From Tubulanus polymorphus (lineage: Eukaryota > Animalia > Nemertea): a DNA stretch of 64,000 nt. Positions 25,401-38,600 of the stretch are shown piece by piece; position 1 is the stretch's first letter; each line of letters opens with the position of its first letter. Where the stretch lies: NCBI RefSeq assembly GCF_964204645.1, contig NC_134027.1, positions 25,878,560-25,942,559 on the forward strand, read 5' to 3'. The notes under the pieces are model-generated. The model was not told where the DNA came from. It worked only from the letters and a program-made list of their open reading frames with translations, and did no database searches. The position numbers were made by a program, and so were the translations under genes.

Positions 25401-28104
25401 TATAATTTTTTCTCTTCAAAATTCAAGCGACTCGTTATCGCAGCTACAAGTGTTTAATCGCCTCGGTAAAACAAATGCTTTGCGCTGTAATCTTCCGATC
25501 GTTAACGAGATGAGCGAAGAACGGGATGTTTAAATGCTTTTAAGGGAAATCATCGAAAGAAATCTGTTAATACCTCGAAGCGATTCAGCCGTTTTTACTT
25601 GTGTTCTGATTATTGTACCCATCAGCGTCGATATATATGTTTTGTTTTATGTCTTTGTAAGTCAGTCGCTTAGAAAATTGTAAAATTAACCCTTTATGAA
25701 TAGATCGATCATCGAGTTTACGCGATATACACAAAAACCTTTGGGCTCGAGCCCCTAAGATGCAGTGTTATAGATTTTTCATCAGAAGTTCTTCGAAGTG
25801 TAATCTGTAACTGTCAGTAAAACATACCAATAACTCATCTATCGATATAGAATGCGATGAAGTTAGAATTAAGGCTGGTGGCTAAGAGCTAAACTATAAA
25901 AGACATTCGATTTTATTCTGTGCATAAGAATAATATTCTTTTGTTCGCAAGAACACAGGCGAGACATTTAGATTATAGAGCGGGGAGGTTAAGAATGACG
26001 CAGAGATAGATATGATGGACGTATCTGAGATATAAGATATGATATAAGATAACAAGGGCGAATCCAAGCTATATTCCACTGTATATAGTCAGAAAAATGT
26101 GAATAACATACTTTCTAGAAGAACCTAATATAACAGGTCCGGAATGCCTTTAGATACAAGGAAAATTAGTGATTTTTCAAATTTTTCTTGGGGAAGGATA
26201 TCAAATCCCCTTTAATGAGCTTCGTCGCCGGTAGATAATTGAGCAGTCATTTTTAGGAATATAGTCATATTTACCGACTGGATCCGCCCCTGGATAAACA
26301 TAAGATATATACGATAGGGCCTATAGATATTGATCGAGGTCGGTTCTCGGATGTACTCCACCAACGACAACAGGATTCAAGATTCATCATTAATATTCTA
26401 CATAAAGAACGATTCTTTTCTTCACCTGGAAAACATAAGAAACGTTTTATTCCCATCATTTAAAGACTACCGTTTATAAGGCGAACTGGTAGATTTTATG
26501 GCTCCGTAATAGTTCTTGTACACGCATGGATTCCTGTCTAATGCCCTTAGTTAACAGTAAATCGAAGGAAACCTGGTAATTAGTTGCCAGGCGACAGTTC
26601 TCGTAAATGACCCGAAACTAGTGCAATCTGGTACATTTTTAAGGTAGTCAGTATCAGGAATTTCGCATGTAGAAAACCACAACTTACAAACTATAAAATC
26701 TGTTTTCCTGACGTTGTTTTAAGACCTAGCAACCTCCTTAACTACTGTATCTATGAGTAACCTTGAAGATTAGTACTAGAATGAAGTTGTAACTCGCTCC
26801 AAGGTAACAATTCGGTAATAAACTTTGCTATTCAGAATAGATCTCTGAAGGGAAGAAGTGATCTTTCTGAAAAGTCAGGAAAACAGATTTTGTAGTTAGT
26901 ATTTCGTCAATATTGTGGGTTATTTTATAAATACTATAATGACAGTGACAATATCCGAATTCACATCGTTCGCAAAAAATGGATGTAAATATCAACTGCT
27001 GTCGGTTATCGACACGGTATCTATGGCAATAAAAAACATCGATTTTGCCAAACGTTGCTATAGTGATGCGTTTATTCGTTCCCACGCGCAATTAACAAGA
27101 TCGTTAGATTTCGCGGGAAGGGAATCTCTAGGGGGATTCTTAAAAGAAACCACCGTTACAAGTGTCGCGGATTCATTGGATCTGAGCGGCGTAATGAGAT
27201 ATATCGCTACAGTGAATCAATGCTTGTGACATTTATATTTCATGGACCTATTTTCCTGTTTATTTTCAATTCTAATTTTGAATTATTTTTCAAAATTTGA
27301 CTTATACTGAATGAAGAAATCAACTTTCTACATGGTGCGATGATTATTGTGATCTGTTGGAATCCAGGAGTAGCCAGGCAGCATGCTGATGACTGCATCC
27401 AAACCCAATCAACGCGGCTGCAGTCTCAGGATTGAGTTTTTGTCAGGTAATTATTGTTTGTCAAACCAGAATCCAATCTACAGAACAACAATAGTAGAAT
27501 AGCCATGTATAATGAGACGTGAAGACGATAGGATTGATAATACCCATTACATAAAGATTTCTAAGTTTGAGAAATAAAGTCAATCGATCATGAATTGAAA
27601 TTAGAATATCTAGCCACGAGAGCCCTAAGCGTGCGTGGATACATATCCCATCATGGCTTCTCTTTGATATTGGCTGTACTTCAGCTGTTAATCCATGATT
27701 CTCAACTCGATGAAATATCTTTATCCGAATGCTACCGAAATGACAGATTCTATTGTATTTCAGTTTGACTTCAATCGATTTAGGACTTAATCGTTTTCGT
27801 GAAACTGGACCCTGGCTGGTTAAAATTTAACTAGTTCAATAGAACAAACGATTCAAACAAAGCGATCGTAAATTAGATTCGATTATAGGTATCCATGGTG
27901 TCGGAAGTCTCGAGCAAATCGCAAGCATCGGTTTTCAGTCTCACAGTCACCTCTGGCGAGAAAAATAAATACCCACTGATTGTCGGCTCGGTGTACATTA
28001 AATCAACTAGTGTTTGCATACACGAATAAATCTCTATCTATACGCGAACGATATCAGCTGTTGCTTCCCGACACCCAGACATCTGACATGGGCCCACTTG
28101 CACT

Positions 28105-28290
28105 ATGGGGACCCGACTCCAGTCCAAAATTGGCCTTAAATCATAGGACATGCCCTAGGTTGTTAGATTGGCTATAGAGCTAAAATTATCTGAGACCAGT
28201 CTCAAATCTAAGCCATAATCCTGGGTCCGGTTTTATAGACCAGTATTAACTTAAACCCAGGGGGGTCAACTCAACTAAATATGAATCGAG
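28105..28290. mobile_element. MITE family A (minus) directly followed by a family C fragment
   Basis: gttgttagattggctatagagctaaaat...tctaagccat, then [ctg]ggtccggttttatagacc, which matches 56012-56114. Confidence 0.65.
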
Positions 28291-30205
28291 TTAGCCCCTT
28301 GGTTTAAGAGCCTTGGTGATTTTTGAAGCGAGCACGATCTATGATGGAGTACATCCCTGATACATTCTAAATGATCTAGATTAAACAATTGCAAAGCGAA
28401 GCTATTTTCCACAAGGTGATTTCAAAAAAACTTTCCATTTTTTCTAACCTCAAGTCTTCATTTGTTCTCTTGATTAAAGTTTTCCACGTGTTTGGTTGTT
28501 AAAATGTCATATTTGTTGAGCCTTTAAAGCAATAGATTCAAAGTACAAATTAAGCTTTATTTGAATTTGAAAGTTATGTTTAGATTGGGACTGGGCCGCT
28601 ACCGGTCACGATGTCTTCTGTTAAAAAAACATTGACGATAAAGCATTAATGGATGTATTCCGTGCTAAAGGTCGATTTCTTACATGTTTGCCACGGGTGC
28701 TAATACTAGACCTCAGTTCCTGCAGCGAAGAAAAGCAACAACTGCCTTACCCAGACATACAACTTGTAAATCGGTAGATCCTAATGAGCACAAGGTAATG
28801 ATTGTACGAATTCTACTGCAATTAATGTAATTGCTTTTTGACATCGATGCCACAAAATAATCGAAGCCAAGATTTAAGCAAACACTTTCGAGCAAAACTT
28901 CTACAGCAATTAAAATGAGTCAATTGGATATCGATGCCTAGCATTAGGTAACAGAGTACGAGTCATGATTGCTGCTTAATATGTTCAGGAGGACGATGAG
29001 AAAAGGTTTGTACTTGTATCTCCCAAACTATGTCTTACCCAGTCATAGTGGAATACAAAAACGTTAAGGTTAAGAGTTTCATCATTGAACTCATGAATCG
29101 TACTCAAAAATGTGTTCATTAATAAAGATCCGTAACTAATTAATTGTAACCATGGACGTTAAAACCACCAAAACCGTTGCTGAAGCGTGGATTGAGTGTC
29201 ATACAACAAAATGCATGGTAAATAGAACGGTAGTTAAATCACAGTACGACGATTTTCAGGAGTGCTTACAATTATAGCATTACCAACTGATGAGGGGAAT
29301 ATGTGTATCACTGAATTTCAATATTCTAATTAGAATATTTGCCTGAATTCTGGGGACGTTAACCGTTCAAATATGCACCACATGATTAGTATTCGCTGTA
29401 TTAATTAGTGGGTTGTTTATACGAGTAATATTGAATTATAGTATTTCCTTAGAGTAAGCAATGTGTAGATTAGTAATCCTTAGGTTTGTCGGTCTGGTAC
29501 TGTTGTGGTATAGCTATCAGTGCTTAGAGCGTGGATGGTGAATCTGATGCAAAGACGTCAGGATAATACCCCGAAATATCACGATTGCGTAAACATTAAA
29601 CTGAGCGGATTAGTTTCATCATAGATTTAGATTTAGGATTTATGAGTCTTTGCGATGACTGATTGTGATACTTGCGAATAATCCGATCGCGATTCTCTTG
29701 CAGACGAACGCCAAAAATTATCGGTTTATCGACTATATCTTCAGATTCGCAACATCGATAACTATCGAATACAAGTGGGAACAAGTGTCGTTGAAATATC
29801 TTCGTTGTTCTCGTCGAGATGAAGCTGTGTTGATATCGTAGGAGCCAACATTCTTACACACGACGATACTGTAGATTCCGTCTTGGCGAACATAGAGCTG
29901 TTTCTATTCTCTGCTAGATTCGCAAAATGTACGTACCTGTTTTTCTTTCGCTTAATTGCAGATAGCACTTTGCTAATGTACGGTACCGTGTACGGTGGAC
30001 GATGGCACGTTACTGTTCTCGTAACGGCTCTAATGACGGGTGCCGGGGATCATCGGCAATTTGCATAACTGTTGCGCTCTCACAGATCACCATACCGTCT
30101 CCGTTTAAAACTATCAACAGAAACAGAATGAAATCGCTGCGACAGAACCTTATGTCAACGGAGTTTTGCATATTGATAATCTAGTGTTTTTTTTGTGTTT
30201 ATCAG

Positions 30206-30263
30206 GAAGTGTTTTGTCGCATTGGACGAGGATGAATCAGACAGGCAAGTGCGGTTATAACAG
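30206..30263 (+). other. Candidate non-coding 5' UTR exon of the GPCR gene
   Basis: T-rich acceptor tttttttgtgtttatcag| and donor CAG|gtacgt. The next acceptor, tattttcag| at 30959, opens the GPCR exon. Confidence 0.45.
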
Positions 30264-31173
30264 GTACGTAAAGTGTGGATAATATATATGCAAAGTATAG
30301 CATCAGTTTTACTGTTGGGAAGTCGTAAAATCGCTTGTATATACGCTATCATACAATCTTGATTTGCTGACACCAAAACGATACCGAAATGTTTAATTCT
30401 TTTGAATCAAAATGCATTAAGCTAAAGGTCAAATATACATGATTACCGACGGCGCGGCTACTTATACCTAATATCTATGGAATCGGTTAAAACCAACTGC
30501 TACACGATGTAGAAGAAACTTTAGCCATACCTTCCTCGATCTACTAACACGTTCAGTGTTTTCCCAAATAACACTCTGCCTGAACCACGAATATGCGCTA
30601 TGAACTTGGTTATTTTTGCTATTTAGATAATCACGCGTTTAGAGATTCCGGCGCGCGCCAGTTGCTTCGAGTTGTTTTGAATTTCGAGTTTTGACGAGTC
30701 GGGAAGTGATTATCAATAATTCGCCATAGCTATATTTGCTGTAACGTGGCAACTGTTGCAGGCTACATGAATCTTTTAACGATAATCTTTTGATGAATCG
30801 ATAGAATTTTAGATCAATAGAATTTTAGAACCCGGTAACTGAAAATAACGAATCAGGTTGAGATAGAGAGCGAATATATCACTATGGGATAGTACTTAGA
30901 GTATCAGTCTGATTACTGTAAGGATTGTATGAATCACTGATGTTTATATATATTTTCAGAGATTGGTGACAATGCTGATAAAGTATTATTTATATAGGGC
31001 GACAAAGTCATTTGTTGATAATGTTCTCAAATAGGCTGTGTGTATGGTTGTAAAATGGATATACTAACGCGGAAGCTACCACAGATCTCGATAGTGTTAC
31101 GTACGATGTGATCGAATTCGACGATACAAAACTAAACGATGTATTTTGTTTAGAAAGTTTTACAGGTCCGAAC

Positions 31174-32316
31174 ATGCAGGTCATAACGGAAAGCAATACA
31201 AGCGACGCGACGTACTCTTATAACTGTACTCAGGATCACGAAGCTATTTTCGACTATCACAGTAAAGAAACCGCTCGGGCCGATTTCGTAATCATCGTCT
31301 GTATAAATCTACCCGTGAATATGATCGGCGTGTTTTTGAATGTATTTTGTTATATCGTGTTGACTCGATTCAGAGGCGGTTCCCAGTCGACTATGTACAT
31401 GTTACGAGTGCTATCAGCGATCGACGCGCTGTTTCTGTTGGTGACGATACTGACTACGAACGGGCCGTCGTTATACCGAGTTCTGAACTCCGAACCGAGC
31501 GAATTCGTACAGTCTACCTACGCCCGGGCATATCCTCATCTCGTGTCGTTCTACAACGTGACCTTGAACTGGAGCGTCTGGATGGTAGTTGCGGTAACGT
31601 TCAACAGGTTTATCGCGATGCGGTTTCCGCTGAGAGCCGCTACTCTGTTAACTAAACGGAATTTGACGATCGAGGTTTGCGTGGTGATCATATTCGGGGT
31701 GATTACCGAATCGGGCAAGTTCTCGCAGTTCGAAGCGAAAATGTGGTTCGATTGTAAAACGAACAAAACGCACTTGGGACCGGCTCTGACGTCATGGATG
31801 GATCGTCACACGTATTGGAGCATTTTCTACATCATTTTCATAGACACGATCCTCAACCTTCTCATTCCGATGAGTCTAGTCACGTATCTGAACATTCGAC
31901 TGGTTTTGATCCTGCGTCGAGCGCGCCGCCGTATGGAGAGTACTAAAACGAGCGGCGGGTCCCCGGATTTGACTAGAACGCTAATAGGTGTCGCTACTGT
32001 ATTCACGATATGCCACGCCCCCTATGCGATTCTAATGATTATATGGAATATTCACAGAATTCGTAATATCGTTTCGGAATCGTTTTTACACGTGTTTCTG
32101 ATGGTCGCCGAGTGTTTGCAATGTTTGGCGTCGTGTATGAATATATTTATATATTATTTCGCGACTCGCGGGTTTCAGGCGATGGTCTGGTCGGTTTTAG
32201 GATGTCAATACACGACCTACGTGAGAAGCACGGATAATATGAAACTGAACAAATTCTTCGCTAAAGCAGCTTCGAACAGTCCTCAGAAATCAACACCAAA
32301 GATCGACAATGTATAG
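31174..32316 (+). CDS. Class A (rhodopsin-like) peptide GPCR, FMRFamide-receptor-like; uninterrupted ORF
   Basis: Seven hydrophobic segments: TM1 GVFLN, TM2 LSAIDAL, TM3 VAVTFNRFIAMRFPL (DRY variant), TM5 LLIP...YLN, TM6 FTICHAPY, TM7 ASCMNIFIY. N-terminal sequons NTS and NCT. First in-frame ATG after the TAA at 31051 is 31174; the ORF track's 31108 start is GTG. Confidence 0.92.
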   Translation: MQVITESNTSDATYSYNCTQDHEAIFDYHSKETARADFVIIVCINLPVNMIGVFLNVFCYIVLTRFRGGSQSTMYMLRVLSAIDALFLLVTILTTNGPSLYRVLNSEPSEFVQSTYARAYPHLVSFYNVTLNWSVWMVVAVTFNRFIAMRFPLRAATLLTKRNLTIEVCVVIIFGVITESGKFSQFEAKMWFDCKTNKTHLGPALTSWMDRHTYWSIFYIIFIDTILNLLIPMSLVTYLNIRLVLILRRARRRMESTKTSGGSPDLTRTLIGVATVFTICHAPYAILMIIWNIHRIRNIVSESFLHVFLMVAECLQCLASCMNIFIYYFATRGFQAMVWSVLGCQYTTYVRSTDNMKLNKFFAKAASNSPQKSTPKIDNV

Positions 32317-32426
32317 ATTTGGAACCTTACATTGCTAGAACTATTATTGTTGTTTTTTTTTGTTACTACGACCACGGACTATAGAACGAAGTTTAGATCT
32401 ATAACGCGCAGTTGGCATCCTACCCC

Positions 32427-32509
32427 GGCAGGGATTCGAACCTGATGGTATCGAGCTTGCCACGGTACGAGACTGAGTGTAGCGATGCCATCAGGTTCGA
32501 ATCCCTGCC
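32427..32509. repeat. 27 bp inverted repeat of a tRNA/SINE-like B-box segment downstream of the GPCR stop
   Basis: ggcagggattcgaacctgatggtatcg / cgatgccatcaggttcgaatccctgcc with a 29 nt loop. Confidence 0.9.
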
Positions 32510-32990
32510 AAATGAGGATACGCAACTATCCCACCAGATGGCATTGCCAACACTCGGTTTAATGTTGTCAAAATTAGTTCATATTCAATCAACCTTTGAA
32601 CTGAAGGCTCTCGAATCAGTGAGATATCACAAAACCCTCCAAAGATACTTTGAATTCATTTTTCTACTCAGCGATTTATTAAGTTTTCACAACGAATTGA
32701 TTTATTCAAAAGCAAAGTCAATTCGGTTTTGAAACGTACAAGTAATCAAACGCGTAACACAGATAACCACTAGCGAACCTGGTGGACCCTCGACTGCCAT
32801 AAGTGGAATCCTCGATTGCCACAGTAGCCGTTGGAGTTTCCTCGTTCAAACGTTCGTTTTAGGGTCCTCGGTGCGACACGATATCAAGAAATAGTCGAGT
32901 ATAAAACACTGCTAATAATGTTCGGTTTGTTCTACACATAAAGGCTGAATCTAAATCAATCCACTCATTGAAATCTGTTTTTATTCGTGA

Positions 32991-32996
32991 AATAAA
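32991..32996 (+). terminator. Candidate polyadenylation signal of the GPCR gene
   Basis: AATAAA about 675 nt after the stop codon, followed by T-rich sequence. Confidence 0.4.
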
Positions 32997-33399
32997 TATT
33001 TTATATACGAAACAACATGATTTTCATTTCTTTAGATTGTATTGATAAGATTGCCATTATAACGATCTATCAAATATGGTAAACTGGTCCAATAGGGTCA
33101 CCTTATTCAAATGCGCATTGACACTTCATGCGTGACCAAAATTGCTAGTATTCACGTGGTTGCTGTAAACACGTAATAAAATCTTATCGTGCAATTGACT
33201 GTCGACCAATTTTGCGAGACAATACATCAATTAGAAGGATATTTTCGCGGACCTCTGTATAATTGACGGTGTTTAGGTGTTTGTCACGCTGCTCCTCTTT
33301 AAGCCACGGTCGTTAAATGTGAATACGCGTAGAATGTCCTGAAGCCCGATGCACATGAATGTCCTGAAGCCCGATGCACGGCTCACATGCACATGGCTC

Positions 33400-33560
33400 A
33401 GGAAAACATGTCAAACACAGAATCACGGAGGCAAACATGTTTGATCTCAGAAACACCAAACCATGTCCTTTGTTTCTCGTAAACGCACACAACGCAGGGA
33501 AACGCCAGGAAACATGTTAACGTCTCCTGTTTCCGTGTTTTCCTACGTCGTTTACGTTAG
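33400..33560. mobile_element. GAAACA/TGTTTC MITE, partial copy
   Basis: tttctcgtaaacgcacac...cgcagggaaacgccaggaaacatg is the reverse complement of parts of 10484-10765. Confidence 0.7.
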
Positions 33561-33694
33561 GTTTCAAAAGGTTAACACTTTTCAATATCCAATTAAAACC
33601 CCAAGAATTAGCATTTTATACGTCAGAGTCGTCACTGTATTTCAGCGATTTTTGTTGATGGGGCGTGTATTTTGCTCGTATTAGACTCAAGATA

Positions 33695-33800
33695 ATCTTG
33701 ATGAGAATCTTGGTGAGGACTTTGTTGAGGACCCTGATGAGGATCTTGATGAGAATCTTGATGAGAATCTTGATGTGAGTCTTGATGGGGATCTTGATGA
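33695..33800. repeat. 12 bp minisatellite (tcttgatgagaa)n
   Basis: About 9 diverged units; source of the QDSH repeats in ORF 33632-33850. Confidence 0.85.
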
Positions 33801-33879
33801 AACACTACGAGTCCACGTTGAAACGATAATACGTTAAAATCCAACAACAAAGATAAGAAAAATGTTTTCTAGTCTATCG

Positions 33880-33945
33880 CTTATTTCAAGGTTTCGACTA
33901 TAGCGTTTCAGTCATCTTCAGGACTACTAGGATATAGTCGAAACA
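33880..33945. mobile_element. Back-to-back hammerhead family 2 cores
   Basis: Minus strand: cCTGAAGAtGACTgaaacgctatAGTCGAAACc. Plus strand (5' truncated): gactactaggatatagtcGAAAC. Confidence 0.6.
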
Positions 33946-35602
33946 GTTTGGTATTCGTATTGTGAGATTTTGCCGTATTATCAGACTCGAGAGTTTTACT
34001 GGTATATCTGCAAGTGTTAGGAATTAATTGAAATTGCGAATCGAGCAATTAACCGACAATTTTCCTCTGACGCGTTTCGTGCCCGAATTAGCATTTTTGT
34101 TTTAATGGAGTTTCGGCGGAGATTTTGATATGAAACGGAAGCGTCGTTAACGCTGGATTGTATTACGTCAATTTCTGGTGCGGCGTACGCGTTAATTTCG
34201 TCCGCGTGATCCATTAATCATTAAACACAGACAACAACAACGACTCGACTCACACCTGGATATAACTAACTAACTAGACCGGCAAATCATTAATTTTCAT
34301 TTACTTTAATTCGTCTTATGCACAAAGAGTCTACAACACATCTTGTAGAAAATAGAATTTGAAAAAAACAAGGACACATTATCTTTTTACTTTACCTTAT
34401 TTCTGAACAAATAGAAATTAGATACTACCTTATCATTATAAGGTGTATACAATATTCCAAAAACTCTAAACATAACAACAGCAAGTGTGACAGCAAGGAT
34501 TATTCCGATAAGGGTTTAAGCTTGAGAATTGAAAAGTACTTTAGAAATAAAGAGAAAAGAAAAAAGTAAATATGACAATATTCCAAGTAGAAAATGCTCG
34601 TAAATGTGATATCGGGACATAGAAATAGCCAAGCCATCGTCGAGACTAATTGTGCAGTATACGCCCTAACCAACTCTGGGATTTTCAAAGATGCTGGGAC
34701 TCTCTCTAGCATGTCATCTCTCCAGTGGTTTGAGTCCATTTTGCACCGCTCGGAACAGAAACATTCTCTGACGTAAGATTTATCAATTTTGACTTCAAAA
34801 GCGTAAAAACTTTTAAAGATTTTCCAACAGACTAAGGAAATAAAAGCGTTTCTACTTTACGCGCGGCGACTCGCACCAGTGCTGCCATCTTCCAGAAAAC
34901 CGCGTAACCAACGTCGAGCCTAACGAGTATTGGGAAAAATGTATGCGTCAGATTTTGATTTTATTTCGTCTTCAAATACATCGGGGCCACTAGTACAAAA
35001 CCATCGAGAAATATTTGGAATCTTACTTTACTTGTATTACAGCACGGCCTATTCTCCAGGTAAAAGAACTGATTATGATCTTGACCGAAATGGAGTCGAA
35101 TTACCGGCATAGATTGCGGAGAAATTAATAGCTGCACTCGTCGTAATTTACCGTCATTATAGTCAGCAGAAATCACGACTTTCTACGCCACTTATTAACG
35201 ACATTTAAGGCCACGTAAACGGAAATATTCATCTTTCAATCCCGACGGAATATTCGAGAAAAGACGTCACGTTTATTTATTGCTAGTTTACCCAGCTAAA
35301 AATTGTACAAAATCTGTAAGCAGGGACGACTTGGTTTAGAGCATAAAAATACTAATTCTTAGGCTTCGATCTGACCATTTTTATCGTCAGAATATCACCG
35401 TGAAACATTAAATTTCGACGATGTCGCCTTGAATAGAAAATGCGTTAATTATTGACGTCTAAACTGTTCGCGAGTCTGTCGATAAAGAGGTACAGGAGAG
35501 GTACTCGGTATCGTTCGGTTTTGTCCGGAGACAATGCGGTGCATATTCGGCCGGGAGAACCCTCGTATCCCGCACACGGTTACTTCTCACAGCCGTCACA
35601 GT

Positions 35603-35631
<29 letters not shown>
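35603..35631. repeat. (CAG)n microsatellite
   Basis: About 9 CAG units. Similar GCT/GCC runs occur at 11462-11493 and about 62772-62795. Confidence 0.85.
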
Positions 35632-35633
<2 letters not shown>

Positions 35634-38600
35634 GGTCAGCGTCACGGCGGACAATAGAATCTCATCAGTTTTCTCGCTAATTCGTCAGCCACTTAATTGG
35701 AAAATTGTGACGACAAATCAACATTTGATACGGAGCGCGCATACAGCAGACGGGTACAGACTCAGAGTGACGACATTCAGGTATTAATGGGTCCGACGAC
35801 GATCGATTCGTCTTTCGTTTCTTTTCTCCTGAGAGAGAGAATAAAAAGAATGAAAACCTCGCCGTCTGGAGCTGCAACTCGTCCTCTTTCACCCCAAAAT
35901 CTACAGACATTCTCTGAAGAATGTCGTGTCCGAGAAGTTCGATATTCTATTGGTGTTCACGGTCGCTACCGTTTCGTTTTAGAAACTACCACCAGGAGTC
36001 GTTGGCCGTGCATGTGTTTGTTTTTCTCCTTCTTTTCTCCTTTTCTTTTTCTGTGAATATTATGCAGAAAATTGTTGAGACTTCTATCGCATTTTGATAA
36101 TTGTTAGATGTCTTATCCATAAGTACAAGAAATCTGGAGGGAATGAAATAGATATTCTGTATTCATTTCCCAATTGTTTTGTGTGAATATATTTGTACAT
36201 GTTTTTATGTTTAATATTTTGCGTTTAATCCTGCCTCCAATGCAACATTCTCATGATCTCAATGAAATAAACATCTATCTAAACGCATATTCAGCTTATA
36301 CTCATTGTCTAAACGAATCAAAAAATAGACAAACCATGTAGTTGATAGACAAATTATTCATCTGCGCTTAAAGTTCATAGTAAACACAGTCCACGAATGT
36401 TTTATTGAATAGAAATTAATCTTAAAGCAAAAAAGCATTTATTATGCCGTAAACTTAGCGTTGAACTTGCGTGAGAAACTGGGTTAATCTGGGTTTTCGT
36501 GGTCAAGTTGTTGACAGGGCGAGATTGCCGCAAAATCGGGGTATCACATGTTAGAATTTATGAATAATTAATGACACTTATTAATAGAGAATGTGACATA
36601 GAACCTTGATAATCCTGATTGCTGTCGACCGGACGAAAATTCCGGATATACGATTCATATAGGATATCGTTATGAATGTGTCTCTCGAGTCCCGGCCAAA
36701 CGACCGATTTGAAGCGCTGTTTCTGTCCAATTAATAGATATTTGCCAAGAAATATTAGACGACTCGCAATTTCTTCTATTGTACGTGTGTTCGCCTAAAT
36801 CTCTCATACCACATCTATCTTCTTAACGAATAGAATATCAGCCACCAATAATCAGAGCCCAGCAGTAGATCCAGTACCTTTTTTCTGGATCACTTTGATC
36901 GTTCTCATTCAGACAGAGACCGGGTCATCGACACGAATTCTAGAATCATTGCCTTCGTCCGTCTTTAATACATGTCTTTCTATACATGTATATATTTCTA
37001 GATGCCTTAAATATAAAATCCTATATTCTTATATTCAAACTATATTCAATATATCTCGATACGATGAACAGGAAAGTATGAGACATGATTTTACAATAAT
37101 TTAACGTTATGGACGCCAACCTCGCATCTCGCAGTATACCGACACTTTCAACACAGTTATCCTCAAGATCTACTTTTAATTGCCTTTTACATTTCAATCG
37201 TCGCATGCTACAGAAATTACCATGGAACTTCTGATCTGGTTACATGAAAATATGCATTCTAAGCAATACATGGGCCATAGATAATATGTCATTCTCAGCG
37301 GTGGATTATTAAATCACACAGGCCCACAGTCCCCGCTCCTATTTTGGACCAAGATAACATTAGTGCTGGTCATATTTGTTGTACATTAACTGTAGATTCT
37401 TAGTAAATGATACGTTTTTTTCCGGATTTTCTTGTGGAGGACCAAACCCCCCTTTAAAGTTTCTTAAGCCGCGGTCCTTACTAATATTCGTGATTGTGCG
37501 CAAGTTTGCGAAACGATACAGTTACGTGAAACAAACATAAGCAAACCTGAAAAAAATAACAATCCCACAATTGATGATATCTCACACATTTATCAATTTG
37601 GCAATTTTGAGATTTATCTCAATCTAATCATGTAGAGAAACAGTTACACAAACCTAAACATTCAGGAATGTGACGTGAATGTTGTTATTCGAGAGCATTT
37701 AAAACGTTCTTTTCAATTCTAATTTAGAACGAGCTAATCTACCGTCGGAAACAAATCACTTCTCGTGAATCTTTCGAATTCGTTTTAAATTAATATACGA
37801 CTATAACCAACGCGTTTTCGAACTCAGTAATCAGATCGTCATCAGTTAGTTGTTGCCGATATTCGGCATCGTCTCCCCAGCCGTTGATTAATACGATTCT
37901 GTAATTGTTTTACAATCAGAACACGTATGCAAAGGAACCTAACACCGATGTCGTTTATTACAGGACAATTATCACCAGCCATAAATAAATAATAGCCGTG
38001 TGACTGGAGACATTCGTTATTACCAACGACAGAACGAGCTAGCGAGGACTGTTCGGATTACCACTTCGATAAACCTATGGTGAGATAACCGGTGAAGGTA
38101 CCTTACCTGGTGTCAGCGTCAGCGGGGTCGAAATTCTGAGAAATCTCTGCAGGAAGAGCTAGTTTCCATCAGATAGACGTCTTGTAACAATAAACTCTTT
38201 TTACCGTTTCCAGGCGCCGTGTTTTTGGGTAATCGTCAGGTCCGTATATTGCTGATCTTTTTCCCAAACTTAATTTGTTCATATCTCTGAATCAAATGAA
38301 GTTAAAAACAAAGTAAATCTATCGATTAAACCGGGTGATAATTACCTTTTTGTGATGATACTCATTTTGTGTTTACTGCAGCAGGGCGCGCTGGTGAGGA
38401 TATCAACATCGATACCTGATAGTATGTATCTATAGATCAGAGTTTGGTAGACGGTCCTATGAGAAATGTAAAAGGAACCGAAAATAATTTGAATATTCAT
38501 TTTTCATTCCATGATTCACAAAGCGAATATCAAACTGAGATGTTTATAGGTAAAACTGATATTCATCTAAAAATCTCGCTGAATCGAATATCAAGTTACT

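Noticed and set aside
32427-32509. tRNA gene
   Set aside because: Only a T-arm/B-box is present; no cloverleaf could be built. The same holds for the B-box-like motifs at about 14872, 45010 and 59547.
33735-33750. CTGATGAG as a hammerhead core (also at about 29286)
   Set aside because: No stem II followed by GAAA; the first lies inside a 12 bp minisatellite.
35452-36056. Poly-Ala-containing ORF and neighbouring ORF as a transcription factor exon
   Set aside because: The Ala run comes from a (CAG)n repeat; no domain and no consistent splice frame was found.
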